A stretch of DNA of 64,000 bases from Minisyncoccota bacterium. GTDB taxonomy: Bacteria > Patescibacteriota > Minisyncoccia > Phycocordibacterales > UBA918. The stretch covers positions 136,821 to 200,820 of the forward strand of contig JAIPIB010000001.1 in NCBI GenBank assembly GCA_021734905.1, written 5' to 3'. The notes beneath the pieces are model-generated. The model did not search any database. It saw nothing but the letters and a program-made list of their open reading frames with translations, and was not told the DNA's origin. The translations under genes were made by a program, and so were the position numbers. This document shows positions 19,773 through 27,909 of this stretch, one piece after another (positions within the stretch are counted from its first letter, which is position 1; every line of letters starts with the position of its first letter).

Positions 19773-20519
19773 ATGAATATAAATCACACATCGGAGAAAA
19801 CACTTATCGAGCGTCTTTTTGACGTTGGTGCGCATTTTGGATTTACTAAATCACGGCGGCATCCAACCGCTGCTCCGTACATCTTTGGAAACAAACAAGG
19901 AACAGATATTATTGATCTTGAAAAGACAGTGGCGTCACTTGAGGTGGCAAAAAATGTATTAAAGGAAGCAGGTAAGGCGGGGAAGACGGTTCTCTTTGTA
20001 GGAACAAAAGAGGAAATTGTTCTCACGGTAAAAGCACATGCGGAGTCAATCGAGATGCCGTATGTAGTAAATAGATGGGTAGGAGGAATGCTTACTAATT
20101 TTTCCGAAATTAAGAAGCGAATTCAACGACTCAGCGATCTAACGGCGCAAGGAGAGTCAGGAGAGCTTGAGCGAAAATATACAAAAAAGGAACGTGTTGT
20201 TATTGGAAGAGAATTCAATAAGCTTACAGTTAATTTTGGCGGAATTCAGAAAATGGACCGAGCTCCATATTTAATGGTTATTGTAGATCCTCGGCATGAT
20301 TCAATTGCTGTATCTGAAGCACGAGAACTAAATATCCCTGTGGTAGGTATCACTAGTTCAGATGCAAATCTTAGACTTATTAAATTTCCTGTTGTAGTTA
20401 ACGACGGACTTCAAGCTAGCGTTGCACTTATTCTTTCTGAACTTACTGAGGCATACACAGAAGGAAAAACGGAATTCGTTCCTGCCAAGAAAGAAGAGAT
20501 ACGAAAAAGCGTACGGTAG
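19773..20519 (+). CDS. rpsB: 30S ribosomal protein S2.
   Basis: 'FGFTKSRRHPTAAPYIFGNKQGTDIIDLEKT...VLFVGTKEE'. Confidence 0.9.
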   Translation: MNINHTSEKTLIERLFDVGAHFGFTKSRRHPTAAPYIFGNKQGTDIIDLEKTVASLEVAKNVLKEAGKAGKTVLFVGTKEEIVLTVKAHAESIEMPYVVNRWVGGMLTNFSEIKKRIQRLSDLTAQGESGELERKYTKKERVVIGREFNKLTVNFGGIQKMDRAPYLMVIVDPRHDSIAVSEARELNIPVVGITSSDANLRLIKFPVVVNDGLQASVALILSELTEAYTEGKTEFVPAKKEEIRKSVR

Positions 20520-20570
20520 GTAACTGACAAAGAACAAACTTTATACATAGTGATATAAGCTCTTTTAATT

Positions 20571-21155
20571 ATGGAAATTACATCAGCACAACTTAAGGAA
20601 CTACGAGACCTTACGGGCATTTCTGTCATGCAGTGTAAGAAAGCTCTTGAGGAAGCAGCGGGTGACATGGACAAAGCAAAAATTATCTTACAAAAGAAAG
20701 GAGGAGAAATTGCCTTAAAGAAGTCCGACCGGGAACTTGGTGCGGGAGTCATAGGAAGTTATGTACACTCAACGCATGAAGTTGCTGCTTTTGTCTTGCT
20801 TGCTTGTGAGACTGACTTCGTTGCTAAGAATGAGGAATTCATCGCACTTGCTCGTGAAATTGCAATGCATGTCGCTGCGCAGAATCCGTTGTATGTAAAT
20901 CGTGCTGAAGTTGATGAGGTCGCACTCGCTAAAGCACGCGAGGTCTTTATGGAAGAGGTGAAAGACAAGCCAGTAGATATGCAGGAGAAAATTTTAGCTG
21001 GTAAACTTGATGCTTATTTCAAAGATCGCATTCTCCTCGAGCAGCCATTTATCAAAGATCAAGAAAAGGCTGTTGGTGATTTACTGAATGCGGCAATGCA
21101 AAAATTTGGAGAAAATGTTGTAATTAGGTCAATTACACGGATGTCTGTAAAATAA
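20571..21155 (+). CDS. tsf: Elongation factor Ts (short form).
   Basis: 'ITSAQLKELRDLTGISVMQCKKALEEAAGDMDKA' is the UBA-like N-terminus of EF-Ts. Confidence 0.85.
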   Translation: MEITSAQLKELRDLTGISVMQCKKALEEAAGDMDKAKIILQKKGGEIALKKSDRELGAGVIGSYVHSTHEVAAFVLLACETDFVAKNEEFIALAREIAMHVAAQNPLYVNRAEVDEVALAKAREVFMEEVKDKPVDMQEKILAGKLDAYFKDRILLEQPFIKDQEKAVGDLLNAAMQKFGENVVIRSITRMSVK

Positions 21156-21160
21156 AGTAC

Positions 21161-21586
21161 ATGGATGGGGTATTAGAAGGATTGCTTATAACTAGCTCTG
21201 TACTGATTCTCCTTACAGTACTTTTTAGGTATGAAGAAGTACGAGGTGTGAGATTTGGGGAAAGATTTCGTATTCGAGCAGATTTTTTTGTTCTCAAGAT
21301 TGTTCATTCTCTGCGAACCAAGGCACGATTTTTTCGTCGGGATTTCCTTAAACAGATCTTTCGCTACGGATTCCATACAGTTTTATTCTTCATCCTTAGA
21401 CTTATTGAAGGGTTTGAGAAATGGTTGCGCACCGTAATGAGGACAAATAAAACTATGGCCCGAATTGCTGAACGAGAAAGTGATACGCTGAACAAATTAG
21501 AAGAGATTGCAATCCATAAGATAGAAACATCTCTTACTGAAGAGGAGAAACAAATTCGGAAAGATAAGACGTTGCAAGGATTATAG
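21161..21586 (+). CDS. Hypothetical small membrane protein. It is Arg-rich with one N-terminal TM.
   Basis: The ORF directly follows tsf. 'LLITSSVLILLTVLF' is a TM segment. No recognisable family. Confidence 0.4.
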   Translation: MDGVLEGLLITSSVLILLTVLFRYEEVRGVRFGERFRIRADFFVLKIVHSLRTKARFFRRDFLKQIFRYGFHTVLFFILRLIEGFEKWLRTVMRTNKTMARIAERESDTLNKLEEIAIHKIETSLTEEEKQIRKDKTLQGL

Positions 21587-21673
21587 TTGCATTTTCCATC
21601 CGTTTCTTACATAATAGCCTTGCGCTAAGCTTAAGCGCTTTTATTTTGCACAAAGGAAAATGGAATCCTAAGA

Positions 21674-21747
21674 GCCACCTTAGCTCAGCTGGTTAGAGCA
21701 ACGGTTTTGTAAACCGTAGGTCCTCGGTTCGAATCCGAGAGGTGGCT
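21674..21747 (+). tRNA. tRNA-Thr, anticodon UGU.
   Basis: Manual cloverleaf: acceptor gccacct/aggtggc, D-arm gctc-agctggtta-gagc, anticodon stem acggt/accgt with loop 'tttgtaa' (anticodon TGT), T-arm ctcgg-ttcgaat-ccgag, discriminator U. CCA is not encoded. Confidence 0.8.
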
Positions 21748-21943
21748 CTTAGGATTTTATTGTGTCAGTTTAGCGAAGCTGGGTGGAGCTAAAACAGTTT
21801 GAGATACTTTTGTAAGCAATCTTCAGTTTAGTAGCCACTCGTTTGAAAAGGAAACCGTATCGTCTTACAGACGCTGTACACCTTTCGCAGAAACTGCTCA
21901 AGGCCTTGCGAACGTGATTCTGCACGTTCTCACCTCGGTTCGA

Positions 21944-22012
21944 ATCCAAGAGGTGGCTCACGACAAAAACTCCCCCGAGGGAGTTTTTTAGTGCCACCCC
22001 AGAAAGCAAACT
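21944..22012 (+). repeat. Copy 1 of a 69-bp direct repeat. It comprises a tRNA 3'-end-like segment ('atccaagaggtggctca'), a terminator hairpin ('aaaaactcccccgagggagtttttt') and 'agtgccaccccagaaagcaaact'. It is preceded by a degenerate T-arm 'cctcggttcgaatcc'.
   Basis: Identical except one base to 22122-22190. It resembles the 3' end of the adjacent tRNA-Thr ('ggttcgaatccgagaggtggctc'). Confidence 0.7.
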
Positions 22013-22121
22013 GTTTTGCTTTCGTTCGGATTCGAAAAGCGGAACGATGTCGCTTCTGCGACACGTGAGCTAGGGCAGGAAGTTCTTAGCGAGTTGGCGA
22101 GCTTAGAAACTTGCGCCGAAC

Positions 22122-22190
22122 ATCCAAGAGGTGGCTCACGACAAAAACTCCCTCGAGGGAGTTTTTTAGTGCCACCCCAGAAAGCAAACT
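22122..22190 (+). repeat. Copy 2 of the 69-bp direct repeat (tRNA 3'-end fragment plus terminator hairpin).
   Basis: 68/69 identical to 21944-22012, 178 bp downstream. Confidence 0.7.
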
Positions 22191-22336
22191 ACTTTACTTC
22201 CACTCGAGGTCCACCTTGCTCTAAAAGTCCTTGATAGGTGCAATTTTTTGAGGGGATGGATGGATTTGTTGCTTCATAACATATTGGCGACAGTGGCTTT
22301 CATTATTATCAAAATGGAGCTATACTCAGCTCCATA

Positions 22337-23917
22337 ATGGCAAAAAACCAACATCTGCTTCCATATGCAGCACGTCCTGATTTTAGGGTGGGGCGCGCTG
22401 AAGAGCTTACCGGAAGAGATAGGCGTCTATACCGATTCCTTGAGATTCTTCCTGGTGCTGCGTCTTGGTTCTCTCTTGTTGGTATGGTTCTTGCGTCTAT
22501 ATACGCACCATTTTTTGCGGCATATTTTATTATTGCCTTTGCTGTATTTTGGGTATTGAAGACTGCATTTTTGTCGTACCATTTAAGGCACAATTGGAAG
22601 CGCCTCAAGCATCACATGACAATCGATTGGAAGGTCATGATAGAACGCTTTGAGTGTGGACATTTATACCAGCTAATTATTTTGCCTTTTTACAACGAGC
22701 CGGAGGAAGTCATTGATGCATCACTCAAAGCTCTTAGTGAGGTAAATTACGACAGGAAGAGTATGATCATCGTCCTTGCACGGGAAGAGCGAGCAGGTGA
22801 AGCGTCTCGTCTTGTGGCAGAAAATATGAAAGCAAAATGGGCAGCGACTTTTGGCGGGTTTCATGTTTCATCACATCCGGCAGATATTCCTGGAGAGATT
22901 GCAGGGAAGGGTTCCAATGCAACGTGGGCAGCAGAAGAGGCTCGGAAACATATCCTTGACCCTCATGGTATACGATATAACCATACTCTGGTTTCTATTT
23001 TTGATATTGATACCGTTGTTTACCCAGAGTACTTCAATTGTCTTGTTTGGCATTTTATGACGGCGCCACGGCCGCTCAAAAGTTCATTTCAGCCGGTACC
23101 TATTTTTAATAACAATATGTGGGAGGCGTCTGCTCTTGCTCGAGTTGTTGCCATGTCGAGTACATTTTGGGAGATGGTGCAACAGGAGCGACCAGAACGT
23201 ATGGCGACATTTTCATCACACTCAGTAAGTTTTCAAGCATTGTATGAGGTTGGGTATTGGCAGACAAACATGGTGAGCGAAGACTCTCGTATTTATTGGA
23301 ATCTTCTTATTGCAAATAATGGAGAGTACGATGTGATACCTCTATCGTACCCTGTATCAATGGATGCAAATGTCGGTAAAACTTTTTTTGGTACCATCAA
23401 AAATATTTACAAGCAGCATCGACGATGGACTTATGGAGTCGAGAATTTTGTCTATGTTGTGTATCACTTCACAAAAAATAAGACGATACCACGCGGGAGA
23501 CGTATTCGAATTGCTCTCCAACAAGCAGAAGGATATTGGTCGATGGTGACGAACCCAATTATGCTTATAATTTTGGGCTGGGCGCCAATATTTTTTGGAG
23601 GACGGGTATTTCACGAGACGGTGCTTTCATACAATTTGCCCATTGTCGTTCGCGACCTCCTCATTGTAGCTATGTTTGGTCTTGTCATTTCCTCAATTAT
23701 TTCATTAACACTTATTCCTGAAAGGCCTGGAAACAAGAGTAGGTTCCTGTACGTAGTTATGGCGTTACAATGGGTACTTGTTCCAGTTACTATGGTCATT
23801 TTTAGTGCCATTCCAGGACTTGATGCCCAAACGCGACTGATGCTTGGTAAGTATATGGGCTTTTGGGTCACTCCGAAACACCGAGATGGTCCAGTACAGA
23901 TTTTAGAAAAGGTATAA
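22337..23917 (+). CDS. Family-2 membrane glycosyltransferase (processive beta-glycan synthase-like; DxD and QxxRW motifs).
   Basis: TM helices at both ends. 'VSIFDIDTV' carries the DxD motif. 'KQHRRWTYG' carries the Q(Q/R)xRW motif typical of cellulose/chitin-synthase-like GT2 enzymes. Confidence 0.75.
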   Translation: MAKNQHLLPYAARPDFRVGRAEELTGRDRRLYRFLEILPGAASWFSLVGMVLASIYAPFFAAYFIIAFAVFWVLKTAFLSYHLRHNWKRLKHHMTIDWKVMIERFECGHLYQLIILPFYNEPEEVIDASLKALSEVNYDRKSMIIVLAREERAGEASRLVAENMKAKWAATFGGFHVSSHPADIPGEIAGKGSNATWAAEEARKHILDPHGIRYNHTLVSIFDIDTVVYPEYFNCLVWHFMTAPRPLKSSFQPVPIFNNNMWEASALARVVAMSSTFWEMVQQERPERMATFSSHSVSFQALYEVGYWQTNMVSEDSRIYWNLLIANNGEYDVIPLSYPVSMDANVGKTFFGTIKNIYKQHRRWTYGVENFVYVVYHFTKNKTIPRGRRIRIALQQAEGYWSMVTNPIMLIILGWAPIFFGGRVFHETVLSYNLPIVVRDLLIVAMFGLVISSIISLTLIPERPGNKSRFLYVVMALQWVLVPVTMVIFSAIPGLDAQTRLMLGKYMGFWVTPKHRDGPVQILEKV

Positions 23918-23921
23918 TATT

Positions 23922-25088
23922 ATGCTACCCTTGAGTGATATGGATTCACAGATACAGGTAAAACCTTTGCCATATAAGACTCGACAAAAGACATTCGGGC
24001 TTTTGTTTTTGGTATTTATTGTCGCTATACCTTTTTTGTATTTATATGCAACAGGATATCGATTTGATTTAGATAAACCAGCAAATTTTGTAAGTACAGG
24101 CGGAATGTATATAGCTGTCGATAGGACAGGAGCTGAAATTTATATTGACGGAGAACTTGTTCGAGAAACGAGAGCTTTTCGAAAGGCATTTTATGCACAA
24201 AGTCTTGATCAGGGAACACATCGTGTTCATGTGCAGAAGGAAGGAAGTCATACGTGGGTAAAAGAGCTGTACGTATCAAAGCATCTTGTTACAGAAGCTG
24301 AAGCGTTCAATTTACCACTTGTACCAAAGGTGCGCGTTATATCAAAATGGTTGACGGCAACAGGTACAGCAATAATCAGTACACCTTTGACACAGGCCTC
24401 ATCTACAAATAATGTTCTTGCAACAACAACGAAGAATACTGTTAAATTTACACAGAACGATGAGTACCGTACATTGCTCACTAATTTTGGGACTACGACG
24501 AGTACGTCGACGAAGAAAGAAACTATAGTGGAATCCATCAAAGATATTATGCTGGGAACCACTTCCGTAGCTGCATCTGAAGAAGGGCAGAGTACGACTA
24601 CTGTTATTTCGAGTGGTGTAAAACTTTTTAAGCAAGGAGATGAATTGTTTGCGAGATGGGTTGGGTCGTTTGAACAGATGCCATATTATTTCTGTGCACC
24701 TGACTTTCTTCCTTATTCAACATCATCGATCGATGATAGTCTGATGATTGACGAAGAAATAGATATTATTGATAACAATATCTCTGTTGATGGAGAGATT
24801 ACTATGCACCCAGTACAATCAGTACCAGCGAATATAGAATGTGATCCAATAATTCGTATTGATAATCAGTCACAGGATATCCGCGAGTTTAACTTCTTTC
24901 CTGGAAGTACCGATCTGGTTGTTGTTGCTTTGGCAAACGGTATTTATGTTGTAGAGATTGATGATCGTTCATGGCAAAATGCGCAACCGCTCATCCTTGG
25001 AGATAATCTGCGTATGTATATTGAGAATGGGAACATTTATGTGTACGATGGGGAACTAATATATCAGGTATTTATGCAACAGACATAA
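23922..25088 (+). CDS. Membrane-anchored protein with a PEGA-like beta-sandwich domain, encoded immediately downstream of the GT2 synthase.
   Basis: N-terminal TM 'FGLLFLVFIVAIPFLYLYATG'. 'GAEIYIDGELVRETRA...GTHRVHVQKEGSHTW' fits the PEGA pattern. Confidence 0.5.
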   Translation: MLPLSDMDSQIQVKPLPYKTRQKTFGLLFLVFIVAIPFLYLYATGYRFDLDKPANFVSTGGMYIAVDRTGAEIYIDGELVRETRAFRKAFYAQSLDQGTHRVHVQKEGSHTWVKELYVSKHLVTEAEAFNLPLVPKVRVISKWLTATGTAIISTPLTQASSTNNVLATTTKNTVKFTQNDEYRTLLTNFGTTTSTSTKKETIVESIKDIMLGTTSVAASEEGQSTTTVISSGVKLFKQGDELFARWVGSFEQMPYYFCAPDFLPYSTSSIDDSLMIDEEIDIIDNNISVDGEITMHPVQSVPANIECDPIIRIDNQSQDIREFNFFPGSTDLVVVALANGIYVVEIDDRSWQNAQPLILGDNLRMYIENGNIYVYDGELIYQVFMQQT

Positions 25089-25090
25089 TT

Positions 25091-25816
25091 ATGATTGAAC
25101 CACAGCAAGGCCACAAACATCCTTTAAGCCATATGATTGCAGAAATCAATGTTATTTTTGCTGACATAGGCTTTGTTTTTGCTGAAGGTCCAGAGGCTGA
25201 GCGCGAGCATTACAATTTTGACCGTCTCAATGTTCCGAAATATCATACGTCTCGTGATATGCAGGATACTTTTTGGTTTAAGAATAAAGACGTCGCTGCG
25301 CCGACAGTTCTTCGTACTCAAACTTCTCCTGTACAAGCACGATACTCAGAATCACACATGCCGCCCATTCGAGTTATTGTACCAGGAAAGGTTTTTCGCA
25401 ATGAGGCGACTGACGCGACACATGAAGCACAGTTCTACCAACTGGAAGGACTCTTTATTGATCGAGGAGTGCACGTTGGTCATTTGAAGGGGGTGATTGA
25501 ATATTTTTTCTCGAAATTTTTTAAGGGCGATGTTGAGGTTAGGTTCCGTCCAAGTTATTTTCCCTTTGTGGAGCCTGGATTTGAAGTTGATATGCGACTC
25601 AACTCCGGAAACTCAAAACTTGTCGGTCGATGGATTGAAGTGATGGGAGCTGGTATGGTACATCCGAATGTACTCAGTAGTTCAGGAATTGATCCGAAAG
25701 TATATTCAGGGTATGCATTTGGTATAGGAATCGATCGTCTTGGTTTTATGAAATATGAATTTGATGATATCCGAAGTCTTTATAATGGCGACCTCCGCTT
25801 TATTAATCAATTTTAA
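25091..25816 (+). CDS. pheS: Phenylalanine--tRNA ligase alpha subunit, minimal catalytic-core form (241 aa; the N-terminal coiled-coil/tRNA-binding region is absent).
   Basis: 'HPLSHMIAEINVIFADIGFVFAEGPEAEREHYNFDRLNVPKYHTSRDMQDTFWF ... FRPSYFPFVEPGFEVD ... GAGMVHPNVL' are class II motifs 1-3 of PheS. Confidence 0.85.
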   Translation: MIEPQQGHKHPLSHMIAEINVIFADIGFVFAEGPEAEREHYNFDRLNVPKYHTSRDMQDTFWFKNKDVAAPTVLRTQTSPVQARYSESHMPPIRVIVPGKVFRNEATDATHEAQFYQLEGLFIDRGVHVGHLKGVIEYFFSKFFKGDVEVRFRPSYFPFVEPGFEVDMRLNSGNSKLVGRWIEVMGAGMVHPNVLSSSGIDPKVYSGYAFGIGIDRLGFMKYEFDDIRSLYNGDLRFINQF

Positions 25817-25818
25817 GT

Positions 25819-27747
25819 ATGAAAGTTGTCTACGATTGGCTTAAAGAATATGTAGGGGAGGAGATTCCCTCAGTTGAGAAACTTGGTGAACTTTTTACAT
25901 TTCATGCGTTCGAAATTGATGGTATAGAAACTATTTCTGGACAAAGCGTTATTGATGTTAAGGTCCTTCCAGACCGCTCGAGTGATTGTCTTTCCCATCG
26001 AGGTATTGCATTTGAGTTAGGGGCACTTATTAAAAAGTCCCTCACTAAGGATATTTTACGTGGCGAAGTTTCTCTTACACCAATTACTAAAAAGGTTACG
26101 GTTACTTTAGAGAGTCCAGAGAATTGCCGACGCTTCAGTGCGGCACTTATTACTGATGTTACCGTAAAAGACTCACCTACTTGGCTTAAAGAACGACTTG
26201 AAACGCTTGGACAACGCTCTATTAATAACGTTGTTGACGCAACAAATTACGTTATGCTCGCACTCGGGCAACCGCTCCATGCATATGATGCCGAAAAATT
26301 TCCTCACCAGAGGGATGTTTGGAATTTTGGTGTGCGTATGTCTCATGAAGATGAAGAAGTAACCACACTTTCCAACGAAACGTACACCCTCACGGAGGGG
26401 GGTGTCCAACTCATCACCGACGCAGCATCAGATACTGCTGTTGGTATTGCGGGTATTAAGGGAGGTAAGTATGCAGAAATAGATGCTAAGACAACAGCAA
26501 TAATTCTTGAAGCTGCGAATTTTAATCCGCAAGTAACGCGAAAAGGAGCTCAGGCAATTAAATTACAGACCGACGCCTCAAAACGTTTTGAAAATGATAT
26601 TTCGCCAGAACTTATTCCGTATGCACTCAAGGAAATAACAGCACTTGTTTTGGAAATTGCTGGAGGAACTCTTGATGGATTTGTTGATGAGTATCCATGT
26701 CCAGTATATAACCCAAAAGTTACCGTAACGCTTGCACAGATTAATGGATTGCTTGGGGTAAATTTAACTCCTGGTATAGTTGAGGATATTTTTACCCGGC
26801 TTGGATTTTCTTTTATTGCAGTTGATGGGAGTTGGGAGGTTGTTGCTCCGTTTGAACGAACAGACATCACTATTCCTGAGGATTTAATTGCAGAAGTTGG
26901 GCGTATATACGGCTATGAACACACTGTTTCTGTTTTACCCAAGAAACAGCCATTGACTGAATATAATTCGCGGCACTACTACTCCGAAAAGATTAGAGGA
27001 ATACTTATTTCGGAAGGTTTTTCTGAGGTGATTACGTCGTCATTTAGAAATAAGGATGATATAGAACTTCAAAATGCTCTCGCAAGCGATAAGCGATATC
27101 TTCGTAGTCAACTTGGTAACAATATTCGCGAGGCGCTGGATCGTAATATGCCAAACATCGATCTTTTGGGAATCCAGTGTATGCAAGTGTTTGAGATTGG
27201 GACTGTGTTCCAAAGAACTGAAGACAAGAGTGATGTTACTGAACATGTTTCTCTTGCCTTGGGGGTTAGGCTGAAACAGCAGGGAAGTTCTCCAAAAGAT
27301 GACATCCGTCTCCGTGAGGTACTTAAAAAGATCGAAGAGGTTTTAGGCATTGAGGTTGAAGCAACTGTTGCTGGAGGTATCCTTGAGTGTGATTTTACAA
27401 AACTTGTATCGAAGTTACCAACGCCAACTGCATACGACGAGTATGTCCCCGATAACTCGACGCTTTTTGCTGCGTACTCGACATATCCGTTTGTATCGAG
27501 AGACATCGCTCTCTGGGTACCAGAAGAAATCCAGATTGAGGAAGTTGAATCATTGATTAAAGAACATGCAGGAGTACTTCTCACTAGAGTCACACTTTTT
27601 GATCAGTTCGCAAAAGAGGGGAAGGTTTCGTACGCATTTAGGTTAATCTTCCAGTCGTTTGAAAAGACACTTACTGACGAAGAGGTTGGTGTGATTATGG
27701 AAAAAATCTCGAAAGAGGCAGAGAATCGAGGATTCGTCGTTCGGTAG
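25819..27747 (+). CDS. pheT: Phenylalanine--tRNA ligase beta subunit (shortened, 642 aa).
   Basis: 'MKVVYDWLKEYVGEEIPSVEKLGELFTFHAFEIDGIE' matches the PheT N-terminus. B3/4-like and C-terminal anticodon-binding-like regions follow. Confidence 0.85.
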   Translation: MKVVYDWLKEYVGEEIPSVEKLGELFTFHAFEIDGIETISGQSVIDVKVLPDRSSDCLSHRGIAFELGALIKKSLTKDILRGEVSLTPITKKVTVTLESPENCRRFSAALITDVTVKDSPTWLKERLETLGQRSINNVVDATNYVMLALGQPLHAYDAEKFPHQRDVWNFGVRMSHEDEEVTTLSNETYTLTEGGVQLITDAASDTAVGIAGIKGGKYAEIDAKTTAIILEAANFNPQVTRKGAQAIKLQTDASKRFENDISPELIPYALKEITALVLEIAGGTLDGFVDEYPCPVYNPKVTVTLAQINGLLGVNLTPGIVEDIFTRLGFSFIAVDGSWEVVAPFERTDITIPEDLIAEVGRIYGYEHTVSVLPKKQPLTEYNSRHYYSEKIRGILISEGFSEVITSSFRNKDDIELQNALASDKRYLRSQLGNNIREALDRNMPNIDLLGIQCMQVFEIGTVFQRTEDKSDVTEHVSLALGVRLKQQGSSPKDDIRLREVLKKIEEVLGIEVEATVAGGILECDFTKLVSKLPTPTAYDEYVPDNSTLFAAYSTYPFVSRDIALWVPEEIQIEEVESLIKEHAGVLLTRVTLFDQFAKEGKVSYAFRLIFQSFEKTLTDEEVGVIMEKISKEAENRGFVVR

Positions 27748-27909
27748 GGAAAATATACGATTTCTTCTATTTTTTGTACCCAAATATACGATACTTTTAC
27801 CAATTTTCCACGAGACAAAACGGCTCAAATTTGCTATACTATCCTTATTGAGCCTTGGTGCTCATTTTGTTTATATTGTACACACTACCGCTCGTAACAA
27901 AACTTTAGC

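Noticed and set aside
21944-22190. CRISPR array.
   Set aside because: There are only two repeat copies, 69 bp long, with a 109-bp unique spacer and no cas genes. The repeat content is tRNA 3' end plus terminator, not a CRISPR repeat.
21750-22250. Possible tmRNA, RNase P RNA or SRP RNA gene in the repeat-rich spacer after tRNA-Thr.
   Set aside because: The only T-arm-like segment (21932-21950) has a mismatched stem. There is no plausible resume codon followed by a tag peptide ending in a hydrophobic 'AA' tail. The RNase P 'AGGAAAGUCCGGGCU'/'GGCUUA' and SRP 'GGAAGGAAGCAGC' motifs are absent. The region is better described as tRNA-derived direct repeats.
27108-27593. 161-aa minus-strand ORF inside pheT.
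   Set aside because: It is antisense to the conserved PheT coding sequence and has no homology signal.
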